From positions 1,054 to 65,053 of the forward strand of contig JAPPHF010000078.1 of NCBI GenBank assembly GCA_028821115.1: a stretch of 64,000 nucleotides of DNA, read 5' to 3'. Source of the stretch: Deltaproteobacteria bacterium (GTDB taxonomy: Bacteria; Desulfobacterota; Binatia; UBA9968; JAJDTQ01). The translations under genes and the position numbers were made by a program. Position 1 is the stretch's first letter; the number at the start of each line of letters is the position of its first letter. Below the pieces are notes generated by a model that was not told the origin of the DNA, ran no database searches, and saw only the letters and a program-made list of their open reading frames with translations. Shown one piece after another: positions 19,009-28,927 of this stretch.

Positions 19009-20226
19009 CTATTCCCCCGCAGTCGCCTCCGAGCGTCCAAAGGCACCGCCTCCCGCCGACCGCTTGGCATAGAGGGGCGAAAGTCCGCGCAGCCGGGTGA
19101 CCTCCTCCTCCACCCGGGCCAGGACGTAGTCCACCTCTTCCTCGGTGTTGAAGCGTCCCAGGCCGAAGCGGATGGAGCCGTGGGCGAGGTCTTCCCGGAC
19201 GCCCATGGCCTTGAGCACGTGGGAGGGCTCCAGTGCCGCCGACGTGCACGTGGAGCCGGAGGAGACCGCGACGTCGTTGAGTCCCATGATCAACGATTCG
19301 CCCTCCACGTAACCGAAGGCCACGTTGAGGTTTCCGCACAGGCGTTCGGTGGGATGCCCGTTCAGGTGAAGCTCGTCGAGACGCGAGAACAGCCCGGTCT
19401 CCAGACGATCGCGCAACCGGCTGATATGCGGCAGCTCGGTAGCCATTTCCTCGCGGGCGATCTCGCAGGCCTTGCCGAACCCTACGATGCCGGGAACGTT
19501 CAGGGTGCCCGACCGCATGCCTCCCTCGTGGCCGCCGCCGTGGATGGTGGGGTTCAGCCGCGCCGCCGGCTTTCTTGCGCTGACGTAGAGCGCGCCCACG
19601 CCCTTGGGCCCGTGAAGCTTGTGCGCGGTCATCGAAAGCAGGTGAACCCCCCAAGCCGCCACGTCGACGGGCATCTTGCCCACCGCCTGGGTGGCGTCGG
19701 TATGGAAGAGGATCCCGTGCTCCTCGGCGATGCGGCCGATCTCCGCCAGCGGCTGGATGGTGCCGACCTCGTTGTTGGCCAGCATGACGGAGATGAGCAG
19801 CGTCCTGTCGTCGATGGCGGCGCGCAGCCTGTCCATGTCCACCCTGCCGTAGGCATCCACGGGCAGGTAGGTCACGCGGTAGCCCTGCCGTTCCAGGAAC
19901 TTGCAGCAGTCCAGCACCGCCTTGTGCTCGGCCGCGCAGGTGATGATGTGGTCTCCGCGGTCCCGATGAAGCTCCGCCACGCCCTTGATGGCGAGGTTGT
20001 CCGATTCCGTCGCCCCCGAGGTGAAGACGATTTCCTTGGGAGCGGCGCCGATCAGGTTGCCGATGTGCTTCCGCGCCTGGTGCACGGCCGCTTCCGCTTC
20101 CCATCCGAAGGCGTGCTTGCTGGCAGAGTTCCCGAACTGCTCGGTGAAGAAGGGCAGCATGGCATCCACCACCCGCGGGTCCACCGGCGTCGTCGCATGA
20201 TTGTCAAAGTAGATTGGCAGCTTCAC
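19009..20226 (-). CDS. iscS: cysteine desulfurase IscS
   Basis: Near-colinear with E. coli IscS as recalled ([59 protein letters not shown]); GTG start. Confidence 0.93.
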   Translation of the reverse strand: MKLPIYFDNHATTPVDPRVVDAMLPFFTEQFGNSASKHAFGWEAEAAVHQARKHIGNLIGAAPKEIVFTSGATESDNLAIKGVAELHRDRGDHIITCAAEHKAVLDCCKFLERQGYRVTYLPVDAYGRVDMDRLRAAIDDRTLLISVMLANNEVGTIQPLAEIGRIAEEHGILFHTDATQAVGKMPVDVAAWGVHLLSMTAHKLHGPKGVGALYVSARKPAARLNPTIHGGGHEGGMRSGTLNVPGIVGFGKACEIAREEMATELPHISRLRDRLETGLFSRLDELHLNGHPTERLCGNLNVAFGYVEGESLIMGLNDVAVSSGSTCTSAALEPSHVLKAMGVREDLAHGSIRFGLGRFNTEEEVDYVLARVEEEVTRLRGLSPLYAKRSAGGGAFGRSEATAGE

Positions 20227-20282
20227 TGATCTAGTGTCCTCTCCTTCAAGCCTTGAAATTTAGGCCCGAAGCCTCGCGAATG

Positions 20283-22841
20283 TCAAGAAACCCCGCTGGC
20301 TGGCGCAGGGTTTCCGCACAGGCTCTTCAAATAACGGCCGGTGGAGGATTCGGCGACCTCCATCACCTCCTCGGGGGTGCCCGCGGCCACCACGTAACCG
20401 CCGTTCTCGCCGCCCTCGGGACCGAGGTCGACGATGTAGTCGGCGCACCTCAGGAAGTCCGGATTGTGCTCGATGGCGATGACCGTATGACCCGATTCCA
20501 CCAAGCGGTCGAGTATCTCCACGAGCCTTCCTACCTCCTCGAAGTGCAGTCCGGTGGTGGGCTCGTCGAACAGGTACAAGGCCTTGCCGCCGGAACTCTT
20601 GCCCAGCTCCCGGGCCAGCTTGACGCGCTGCGCCTCTCCCCCGGACAGGGTGGTGGCCGGCTGCCCCAGCCGCAGGTAGCCCAATCCCACCTGCCACAGG
20701 CTCTCCAGCCGCCGTCGGACCAGCGGGACGTTGCCAAGGAAGTCCAGCGCTTCGGCGACGGTGAGGTCGAGAACGTCGGCGATGCTGGCGCCCTTGTAGA
20801 GGATTTCCAGGGTTTCCCGATTGTACCGTCGCCCGCCGCAGACGTCGCAGGTGACCGACACGTCCGGCAGGAACTGCATCTCGATGTCCACGGTGCCGGC
20901 TCCGAGGCAGGCTTCGCAGCGTCCGCCCACGGCGTTGTAGGAGAAGCGCCCGGGACCGTAGCCACGCAGGCGCGCCTCGGGAAGGCGCGCGAAGAGGTTG
21001 CGCAGGGGATCGAAGAGCCCGCCGTAGGTGGCGGGCGTGGAACGGCTGCTGCGTCCGATGGAGCCTTGATCCACGTAAAGGACCCGGTCGAAGGTCTCGA
21101 GCCCGGGGATGTCGGAGGAGGCTGCCGCCTTCCTCGTGGACGGTCCCGGCCCCCTTCGCGCCGCGGGCGTTGCAACCGGTCGCCGTTGCCCCCGCGCTGC
21201 ATTGTAAAGGGTATCCACCACCAGGCTGCTCTTGCCCGAGCCGGAGACCCCGGTGACGCACGTCATGAGCCCGATGGGGAAGGCGACGTCGATGTTCTTG
21301 AGGTTGTGGCGGTTGACGTTCCGGAGCGAGAGAATGCCGGACTCCGTGCGGCGTACCCGTGACGCCGGCGGCGCGGCGCCGGCCAGATAGGGGCCGGTCC
21401 GGGAAGCCGGGCTGCGGCGCACCTGCTCCACGCTGCCGGCCGCCAATACCTCGCCGCCCGCCACGCCGGCGTCCGGGCCCATGTCGATGACGTGGTCGGC
21501 CGCCATGATCACGTCCCGGTCGTGTTCCACGACCAGCACCGTGTTGCCCGGGTCCCGGAGCTCCCGCAGGATGCCGAGGAGCCGCGCGGTGTCCCGCGGG
21601 TGGAGGCCCACCGTGGGTTCGTCCAGCACATAGATGACACCCGACAGGCGCGCGCCGATGTGCGCGGCGAGTCGGATCCTCTGGCACTCGCCCCCCGACA
21701 GGCTGTCGGACGACCTCTCCAGGGACAGGTAGCCCAGCTCCAGCTTCAGCAAGGTGTCGGTGCGGTCCCGTATCTCGCGGAGGACGCTGCCCGCCACCTC
21801 GGCCTCGCGATCGCCGAGGTCGATGTCTTCGATGAAGCGGCCGAAGTCCGTCAGGGGCAGGGCCGACACCTCTCCGATGTTCAGACCGTCAATGCGCACC
21901 AGGAGACTCTCGTCGCGGAGCCGGGTGCCGGCGCACTTCGGGCAGGGTTGTCGGATGGCGTCGGCGGCGCCGTTCCGGGACCGCCCGCCGGTCCGTGTGC
22001 CGAGGCCGTTGCAGGCGGGACAGGCTCCGTGCGGGCTGTTGAAGGAGAAGAGCTGCGGCACCGTTTGCGGAAACGGCGCGCCACAGTCCAGGCAGGCGGA
22101 CCTTTGGGTGTAGCGGCGGGACTCCGGGGCCGGGGCGTCGTGCAGGTCGATTTTCACCATGTCGCCACCGTGTTTCAGCGCCACTTCGATGGAGTCGGCA
22201 AGTCGCTTGGCGACACCGTCCCGTATCACCAGGCGGTCCACCACCAGGTCCGCCACGGCGGGCGGCTCCGAGTCCGGCAGGTCGGCCAGCTCCACGATCT
22301 CGCCGTCCACCTTGATGCGCGCGAACCCGGCGCGCAGCACCGCGTCGATCTGTTTCCGGTACGCGCTCGCGTCGTCGCAGCGGAGCGGCGCCAGCACCTG
22401 GATGCGGGTGCCGGAAGGGTGATTCAGCAGCTCGTCGACCATCTGCTGGATGGTATGCACCGTGATGGCGCGGCCGCAGCGCCGGCAGTGGGGCCGGCCG
22501 ACATGGGTGAAAAGCAACCGCAGGTGATCGTGTATCTCCGTCAGGGTCCCCACCGTCGACCGGGGGTTTTCGTGGAAACGGCGTTGAGGCACCGCGATGG
22601 CCGGAGAAAGCCCTTGGATGGAGTCCACGTCCGCTCGCGCCAGCGGGTTCAGTAGCTGCCGCGCATAGGTGGACAGGGACTGCATGTAGTGCCGCTGCCC
22701 CTCGGCGTAGACCGTGTCGAACGCCAGCGAGGACTTGCCCGACCCGGAAACCCCGGTGATCACCACGAGCTTGCCGCGGGGGATCTCGACGTCGACGTTC
22801 TTGAGGTTGTGGACGCGGGCGCCCTTGATGACGATGTTCAT
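20283..22841 (-). CDS. uvrA: excinuclease ABC subunit A, short form lacking the insertion domain
   Basis: Two ABC modules ([10 protein letters not shown] twice, LSGGE.QRI/V twice), Zn-finger CxxC pairs; 852 aa; ATG 22841 overlaps pdxA stop. Confidence 0.92.
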   Translation of the reverse strand: MNIVIKGARVHNLKNVDVEIPRGKLVVITGVSGSGKSSLAFDTVYAEGQRHYMQSLSTYARQLLNPLARADVDSIQGLSPAIAVPQRRFHENPRSTVGTLTEIHDHLRLLFTHVGRPHCRRCGRAITVHTIQQMVDELLNHPSGTRIQVLAPLRCDDASAYRKQIDAVLRAGFARIKVDGEIVELADLPDSEPPAVADLVVDRLVIRDGVAKRLADSIEVALKHGGDMVKIDLHDAPAPESRRYTQRSACLDCGAPFPQTVPQLFSFNSPHGACPACNGLGTRTGGRSRNGAADAIRQPCPKCAGTRLRDESLLVRIDGLNIGEVSALPLTDFGRFIEDIDLGDREAEVAGSVLREIRDRTDTLLKLELGYLSLERSSDSLSGGECQRIRLAAHIGARLSGVIYVLDEPTVGLHPRDTARLLGILRELRDPGNTVLVVEHDRDVIMAADHVIDMGPDAGVAGGEVLAAGSVEQVRRSPASRTGPYLAGAAPPASRVRRTESGILSLRNVNRHNLKNIDVAFPIGLMTCVTGVSGSGKSSLVVDTLYNAARGQRRPVATPAARRGPGPSTRKAAASSDIPGLETFDRVLYVDQGSIGRSSRSTPATYGGLFDPLRNLFARLPEARLRGYGPGRFSYNAVGGRCEACLGAGTVDIEMQFLPDVSVTCDVCGGRRYNRETLEILYKGASIADVLDLTVAEALDFLGNVPLVRRRLESLWQVGLGYLRLGQPATTLSGGEAQRVKLARELGKSSGGKALYLFDEPTTGLHFEEVGRLVEILDRLVESGHTVIAIEHNPDFLRCADYIVDLGPEGGENGGYVVAAGTPEEVMEVAESSTGRYLKSLCGNPAPASGVS

Positions 22842-23818
22842 GAACGGCGGCCTGCCAACTCCGCCGCCAGCAGGATCGCCTGCTTCATGCTCCTGGAGTC
22901 GGCCACCCCCTTGCCGGCGATGTCGTACGCGGTCCCGTGGTCCACCGAGGTCCTGATGAGGGGGAGCCCGAGGGTGAGATTGACGCCGTCCGTGAAGTGC
23001 AGCAGCTTGAAGGGTCCGAGTCCCTGGTCGTGGTACATGCAGACGACGGCATCGTACTCGCCGGCCGCCGCCCGGTGGAAGAGGCTGTCGGCCGGAACCG
23101 GCCCGGTGACATTCATTCCCCGGCCCGCGCAGTCGCGCACCGCCGGCCGGATCACCCGGCGCTCCTCCTGGCCGAACATGCCGTCCTCGCCCCCGTGGGG
23201 ATTCAGCGCGGCCACCGCTAGCCGCGGCCGAGCCACGCCGAACCACTGCCGGAGGGCACGGTCGGTGACGTCGATAGTGGTGCGGACGCGCCCTCGGGTC
23301 AGCGCCGCGGCCACCTCCGTAAGCGGCAGGTGCACCGTGACCAGCACCACCTTGAGCCGTCTCCCGTAGAGCATCATGCGCACCTCCCGCGTGCGCGTGA
23401 GATCCGCCAGCAGCTCGGTATGCCCGGGCCAGGCGTGGCCGGCGTCGTTGAGCGCCTTCTTGCTGATGGGCGCGGTGGCCATGGCGTCGGCGGCGCCGGT
23501 CCGAACGAGGTCCACGGCCCGCAGGATGTAACGGTAGGATGCTTCGCCCCCGCTCCGGGTCGGGCGGCCGGGTCGGCCGCTCGGAGGTTTGAGGCGGGTG
23601 ACGGATTCCACCCGCACGGCAGCGTCGGTGCCGGTCGCGGGTTCAAGGTCGTGGACCGGCCATCGGGGCGCGCCGGCACGTTCCAGCGATGGCGCATCGC
23701 CCACGATCACCACCCGGCAGGCGCGCCGCACCGCTGGATCCCGCGCGGCCTTGACCGCCACCTCGGGTCCGATGCCCGAAGGATCGCCCATGGTTACGGC
23801 CACGACGGGTTTGGACAT
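22838..23818 (-). CDS. pdxA: 4-hydroxythreonine-4-phosphate dehydrogenase
   Basis: [42 protein letters not shown] motifs. Confidence 0.93.
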   Translation of the reverse strand: MSKPVVAVTMGDPSGIGPEVAVKAARDPAVRRACRVVIVGDAPSLERAGAPRWPVHDLEPATGTDAAVRVESVTRLKPPSGRPGRPTRSGGEASYRYILRAVDLVRTGAADAMATAPISKKALNDAGHAWPGHTELLADLTRTREVRMMLYGRRLKVVLVTVHLPLTEVAAALTRGRVRTTIDVTDRALRQWFGVARPRLAVAALNPHGGEDGMFGQEERRVIRPAVRDCAGRGMNVTGPVPADSLFHRAAAGEYDAVVCMYHDQGLGPFKLLHFTDGVNLTLGLPLIRTSVDHGTAYDIAGKGVADSRSMKQAILLAAELAGRRS

Positions 23819-23863
23819 GGCGACAGTGTTGAGTCGTCGGAGTTACAGGACACTCGGGGCGGG

Positions 23864-25105
23864 CTACTGCGCGGGCGTGCCGCGTTCCAAGGGCTGGTCC
23901 AGGGGCACGTCGTCATCGTCGCCGGCTTCGGTGGTGAACAGCGGTATGCCGAACAGCCTGACCCGCTTTCGGTCGCCGACGACCCCCGTCGGGTCGGGTA
24001 TGAGTTCTTCCTGGTAGATGTAGGTCGCCGGGTTGAGATAGTCCCAGAAGCCCTTGTCTTCCTGGTCCTCGGTGGCCGTGGCCATCAGGCTCCCCACCGT
24101 GCCGCGCTCGGCCTGCTGCGCCTCGAAGGCATAGCCGTCGAGCTTGACCTCCACGCGGTGCTTCTTGCGCAGGTCGGTCTTGAGCCACTTGGCGAATCTC
24201 TCCTGGAGCGTCTTGTTGTAGAGCTCGTTCCGCGCCTTCTCCGAAACCGCCTCGAACGGCAGCCGTTCGCCGCCTTCCCGGTCCTCCGCCCGGACCACGT
24301 GGTACCCCAGGTTCGTGCGCACCGGTTCGCTCACCTCGCCCTTCTCGAGGGCGGTGGCGACGCGCGCCAGGGAATCGGGCAGGTCCTCGGGCTTCACCCA
24401 GCCGATATCTCCGCCCTCGGTGGCGCCAGCGCCCTGGGAGCGGGCGGTGGCCAACGCGGCGAAGTCGCCTCCCTCGAGAATCTGCCGGCGCAGATCTTCG
24501 ATGCTCGTCCTGACAGCCTGTTCCCGTTCCGGCGAGGCGCCCTCGTCCACCGGCAGCATGAGATGGCGGAGACGGACCTTGAGCTCGGTCCGGTACGAGT
24601 CCGGGTTGGCGTCGTAGTAGCGTCGCGCGTCCAGCATCGTGATGTGCACCCGTTTCCTGACGTTGCGCTGGATCAACTCGTCCTGCTCGATGCGGCCGCG
24701 GACCTCGTCGCGGTACTGGGCCAGAGTCTTGCCATCTCGTTTCAGGAGGGCGGCGAACTGCGCCGGGGACAGCTCGTTCCGTTCCCTGACGGCCCGTATG
24801 AACCTGTCGATGTCGGCGTCGCGCACCCGGATGCCCGTGTTCCGCACCTCGGTCCGGATGAGCTCGTAGGTGATGAACTCCTCCACCCATTGCTTGGGCA
24901 CGCGGCCGGCCGCCAGTTCATCGAGCTTGACGTCCCGGTTCAGCCTGTCCCGGGCGAACTTCCGCATATCCGAGAAGGTGTGGGGAACGCCGTTCACCAC
25001 CACGACGATCTTCTCCACCAAGCTTCCGGAAGACGGTCCGGGGAAGATCACCAGGAGGGCAAGGATGGCGGCCGTTTTCGCGAAACCGGACACGGAAAAC
25101 AACAT
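23864..25105 (-). CDS. SurA-like periplasmic chaperone / PpiC-type peptidyl-prolyl isomerase
   Basis: Signal peptide, SurA N-terminal-like region, one parvulin domain (LRHLMLPV...GGDIGWV); surA-pdxA gene order. Confidence 0.75.
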   Translation of the reverse strand: MLFSVSGFAKTAAILALLVIFPGPSSGSLVEKIVVVVNGVPHTFSDMRKFARDRLNRDVKLDELAAGRVPKQWVEEFITYELIRTEVRNTGIRVRDADIDRFIRAVRERNELSPAQFAALLKRDGKTLAQYRDEVRGRIEQDELIQRNVRKRVHITMLDARRYYDANPDSYRTELKVRLRHLMLPVDEGASPEREQAVRTSIEDLRRQILEGGDFAALATARSQGAGATEGGDIGWVKPEDLPDSLARVATALEKGEVSEPVRTNLGYHVVRAEDREGGERLPFEAVSEKARNELYNKTLQERFAKWLKTDLRKKHRVEVKLDGYAFEAQQAERGTVGSLMATATEDQEDKGFWDYLNPATYIYQEELIPDPTGVVGDRKRVRLFGIPLFTTEAGDDDDVPLDQPLERGTPAQ

Positions 25106-25111
25106 ACCTCC

Positions 25112-28100
25112 CTAACCGACCACGTGCAATAACTCGCAGGCCTCGTCGATAAGTCCGGGCCAGTCGGCATGGTCCGGGCTGAAGGAAAGGCGCCCCTCCG
25201 GCGAGAACCGGAAGCGCCGGGGATCCTCCTTCGCCAGCTTGAGCAACCTGTCCACGTTCAGCCTGGAGGTGGCGTGGAAGTTCAGCGACAGGCGGCCGCC
25301 CTGGTAGATGATCTGGGTCGCCAGGGAGCCGATGAGGGCGTGCCTCAGCTTCATGACCCTGAAGAGGTTCTCCACCACTTCGGGGTGGTTCCCGTAGCGG
25401 TCGCGGACCTCGTCCTTGATCTCCGTCAGTTGTTCCGGATTGTCCAGGTTGGCCAGGCGTTTGTAGAAGAGCAGGCGCTGGTTGGCGCTGGGGATGTAGT
25501 CGTCCGGGAAATACGCCGGGATGCCCAGCCGGATCTCGGGCTCGACGCTGACCGTGCGCTCCTCCCCCTTGAGCTCGTGAATGGTCTCTTCCATCATCTG
25601 GGTGTAGAGCTCGAAGCCCACCGCGGCGATCTGGCCGGACTGCTCGCGTCCCAGCAGGTTGCCGGCGCCGCGGATCTCCAGGTCGTGCAGCGCCAGCTTG
25701 AAGCCGCTGCTCAGCTCGTCCAGCTCCTGCAGCGCCCGCAGCCGTTTCTCCGCGTCCTTGGTCACGGTGCCGCTTCCGGGCAGCAGCAGGTAGGCGTAGG
25801 CGCGCCGCGACGAACGCCCGACCCGGCCGCGCAACTGGTAGAGCTGGGCGAGACCGAAGCGGTCGGCGCGGTTGATGATGATGGTGTTGGCGTTGGGATA
25901 GTCCAGGCCGGACTCGATGATGGCCGAGCACACCAGCACCTGGGCCTCGTTCTCCTGGAACAGGCCCATGTTCTTCTTGAGTTCCGCCGGCTTCATCTGC
26001 CCGTGGGCGACGGCGACCCTGGCCTCGGGCACCAGGTCCATGATCTTCTGCCCGACGCGCTGGATGCTCTCCACCCGGTTGTGCAGGAAGAACACCTGTC
26101 CTTCGCGGTTGATCTCCCGCAGGATGGCGTCGCGGATCATGCCCTCGTCGTAACGCGTGACGTAGGTGCGCACCGCAAGCCGGTTGGGAGGCGGCGTTTC
26201 GATGACGCTCAGGTCGCGGATGCCGACCAGCGACATGTGCAGGGTCCTGGGGATGGGCGTGGCGGTGAGGCTCATGACGTCCACGGTGTAGCGGAGCTTC
26301 TTGAGCTTCTCCTTGTGGCTTACGCCGAAGCGGTGTTCCTCGTCGATGACCACGAGGCCGAGGTTCTTGAAGGCCACGTCGCTCTGCAACAGGCGGTGGG
26401 TGCCGATGACGACGTCGATGAGGCCGGCGGCGAGGTCCTTGAGGGACTGCTGCACGGTCTTGCCGGTGACGAAGCGGCTGAGGCTCTCCACCCGTACCGG
26501 GTAGGGATCGAATCGGGTGCAGAAGGTCTCCAGGTGCTGCTGCGCGAGGATGGTGGTGGGGGCCAGCACCGCCACCTGCTTGCCGTCCATCACCGCCATG
26601 AAGGCCGCCCGCATGGCCACCTCGGTCTTGCCGTAGCCCACGTCGCCGCAGATCAGCCGGTCCATGGGCTTGTTCCCGGTCATGTCCTTCAGGGACTCGG
26701 CAATGGCCTGCTCCTGGTCCGGCGTTTCCTCGTACTCGAAAGCGGCTTCGAACTCGCGGTACGCCTGGTCCGGGGCAGGGAAGCTGTGCCCCTCGTGCAG
26801 CTCCCGGGTGGCGTAGACCCGCAGCAGCTCCTTGGCCATGGCGACGATGGATTTCTTGGTCCTGGCCTTGAGCCTGAGCCAGGAGGTCCCGCCCAGCCGG
26901 TCCAGCACCGGGGCCGCGCCGTCGGCGCCGATGAACTTCTGCACCAGGTTGATGCGGTCGATGGGCAGGTAAAGACGGTCGCCCCCCTGGTACTCCAGGT
27001 GCAGGAACTCGCCCTCGGTGCCCGCCACCTTGAGGTACTTGAGCCCGCGGTAGATGCCGATGCCCTGGTCCAGGTGCACCACCACGTCGTCCTGCCGAAG
27101 CTCGCTCAGGCTGGTGATGAAATGGCTCGGGGTCTCGCGCTTGCGCACGGAGCGGTCCCGCTTTCTGCGGCCCCACAACTCCTCGAGGGTGATGACGATG
27201 AGCCGCTGGTCGGGGATGCGCACTCCCTGGGTCAAGCCGCCCAGCAGGATCACCGGGCCGTTGGCGGGGTCGCCGGCCACTTCGTGGAAGGGCCGCTCCG
27301 ATACCGGCAGATCCACCTCGTAGTAGGCCAGCAGTTGCTGCAGCCTTTGCGCGTCGCCCGGATGCGCGCTCACGAACAGCACCCTCTGGTCCCGCCAACC
27401 GTTCAGATGCTCCACCAGCGGCGCCAGGGAGCGTTCCGCGCCCTGCTGCGTGGTGAGCTCGCTGTGCAGGTCGGCGTTGGTGTAGGAGCGCACGGACAGC
27501 GTCGTCGCGTCGTCCTCGGAGGTCGCGAGAACGTCCAGGCTCTCGCCGTGGATCTGGCGGAACGCCGCCGCCTCCTCGCGCCAGCCGTCCGGGTCGAGGT
27601 AGAGGGTCTCGGCATGGGGATGAAAGCGGCCCTCGGCCGCGGCCTTCTCCGCCCGCTGCTCCACCAGCTTCCGGAACCGCTCGAGCTCTTCCTCCACCCG
27701 GGCTGGCTGGTCCCACCAGAGGATGCCGGTGCGCGGCAGGTGGGCGAGAATCGACGGTAGTGGGCGGTCGTGGAAGTAGGGGACCAGGAACTCCATGCCG
27801 GCGAACCGCACGCCCTCCCGCACCGACTCCAGCAGCGCGCGCTTGTCCCGCCGCGTGAAGCCGAGATCGTCCGCCCGCTCCTCGATCCGCGCCAGCGTCT
27901 CGCGGCTGGTCCGCGCCCCCGAGGCGAACTCCTTGACGGGCAGCAGCAGGAGTTCGCCGCGCCGCGAACGGGAGCGTTGGGTGCGAGCGTCGAACTCGCG
28001 GATGGAGTCGACGCGGTCGTCGGCGAACTCGATACGCACGGGCAGCTCACAGGCCGGCGGGAAGAGGTCGACGATGCCGCCGCGCACGCTGAAATCGCCG

Positions 28101-28612
28101 CGTTCCTCCACCAGCGGCGCGCGGGTGAAGCCCAGGTCGGAGAGTTGCCACAGGAGCTTCTCGCGGTCGACCTCCTGGCCCTCGCTGAAGTGCGCGCCGC
28201 CAAGGCTTTCCCTGGGAATCACGCGTTGCAGCACCGCCGCCGGGGTCGTCACCAGCACCGGCGACGACTGTTGGGCGAGCCGGTGGAGGCCCTCCAGGCG
28301 CGCCGCCATCTGATCGGGTTGCGGCGACAGGCTCTCGAACGGCAGGATGTCCCACCCCGGGAACAGGTGAAGGCGCCGCTCCAGCGGAGGAGCCCCATCC
28401 TCTTCGCCGAGAAAGAAGGCAAGATCGAGAAAGAGGCGCTCCGCCTCCTTCACCGTGGGCGTAAGCACCACCAGCGGACCGTCGAGCTGCCGCGCCGCCA
28501 CCGAGACTGCGTAGGCCTTGGCGCTGCCCTGCAGGCCGGAGATCCGCTTTTCGCCGCGCCACTCGTGGGTGAGGAGCCGCGAAATCTTGTCGTCGAGTGA
28601 AAGGAACGCCAC
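25112..28612 (-). CDS. mfd: transcription-repair coupling factor
   Basis: UvrB-homology N-terminus, CarD/TRCF domain, superfamily-2 helicase motifs (GDVGYGKTEVA, DEEHRFG, TATPIPRT), TRG region. GTG 28612 preferred as start because the longest ORF start (28717) lies inside the palindromic repeat. Confidence 0.93.
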   Translation of the reverse strand: MAFLSLDDKISRLLTHEWRGEKRISGLQGSAKAYAVSVAARQLDGPLVVLTPTVKEAERLFLDLAFFLGEEDGAPPLERRLHLFPGWDILPFESLSPQPDQMAARLEGLHRLAQQSSPVLVTTPAAVLQRVIPRESLGGAHFSEGQEVDREKLLWQLSDLGFTRAPLVEERGDFSVRGGIVDLFPPACELPVRIEFADDRVDSIREFDARTQRSRSRRGELLLLPVKEFASGARTSRETLARIEERADDLGFTRRDKRALLESVREGVRFAGMEFLVPYFHDRPLPSILAHLPRTGILWWDQPARVEEELERFRKLVEQRAEKAAAEGRFHPHAETLYLDPDGWREEAAAFRQIHGESLDVLATSEDDATTLSVRSYTNADLHSELTTQQGAERSLAPLVEHLNGWRDQRVLFVSAHPGDAQRLQQLLAYYEVDLPVSERPFHEVAGDPANGPVILLGGLTQGVRIPDQRLIVITLEELWGRRKRDRSVRKRETPSHFITSLSELRQDDVVVHLDQGIGIYRGLKYLKVAGTEGEFLHLEYQGGDRLYLPIDRINLVQKFIGADGAAPVLDRLGGTSWLRLKARTKKSIVAMAKELLRVYATRELHEGHSFPAPDQAYREFEAAFEYEETPDQEQAIAESLKDMTGNKPMDRLICGDVGYGKTEVAMRAAFMAVMDGKQVAVLAPTTILAQQHLETFCTRFDPYPVRVESLSRFVTGKTVQQSLKDLAAGLIDVVIGTHRLLQSDVAFKNLGLVVIDEEHRFGVSHKEKLKKLRYTVDVMSLTATPIPRTLHMSLVGIRDLSVIETPPPNRLAVRTYVTRYDEGMIRDAILREINREGQVFFLHNRVESIQRVGQKIMDLVPEARVAVAHGQMKPAELKKNMGLFQENEAQVLVCSAIIESGLDYPNANTIIINRADRFGLAQLYQLRGRVGRSSRRAYAYLLLPGSGTVTKDAEKRLRALQELDELSSGFKLALHDLEIRGAGNLLGREQSGQIAAVGFELYTQMMEETIHELKGEERTVSVEPEIRLGIPAYFPDDYIPSANQRLLFYKRLANLDNPEQLTEIKDEVRDRYGNHPEVVENLFRVMKLRHALIGSLATQIIYQGGRLSLNFHATSRLNVDRLLKLAKEDPRRFRFSPEGRLSFSPDHADWPGLIDEACELLHVVG

Positions 28613-28628
28613 CGGGCCGGTTACCTCG

Positions 28629-28793
28629 CTAGTGTCCTGTCTGGTTAATTCGCATGATAATCTGCGGGTCTTTTTTGCCGTCGGCTGCGTTGCTCTTCCT
28701 CGCGTGGTGCCCGCCACTGCTCGTCATCGCGCCTTGCCGACGACAAAAAATCCTCCGCATATTATCACGCGAATTAACCAGACAGGACACTAG
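28629..28793. mobile_element. 165-bp MITE-like palindromic element (57/58-nt imperfect terminal inverted repeats, ~50-nt centre, CTAG at both ends)
   Basis: Left arm 28629-28685 is the reverse complement of 28736-28793 (outer 25 nt perfect, about 5 mismatches and 1 indel overall); no coding capacity. Confidence 0.5.
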
Positions 28794-28927
28794 AAACGGT
28801 GGGGGAGTGTAGCCGAAGCAAGGCGGCGCCCGCAAACCGGCTTCCCTGGACTTCGCCGCCGCCGGTACGTTACAGTTCATCGCAGTCGGAGACCACACAT
28901 ATACCCCACGGAAAAGGACCCCCGAAC

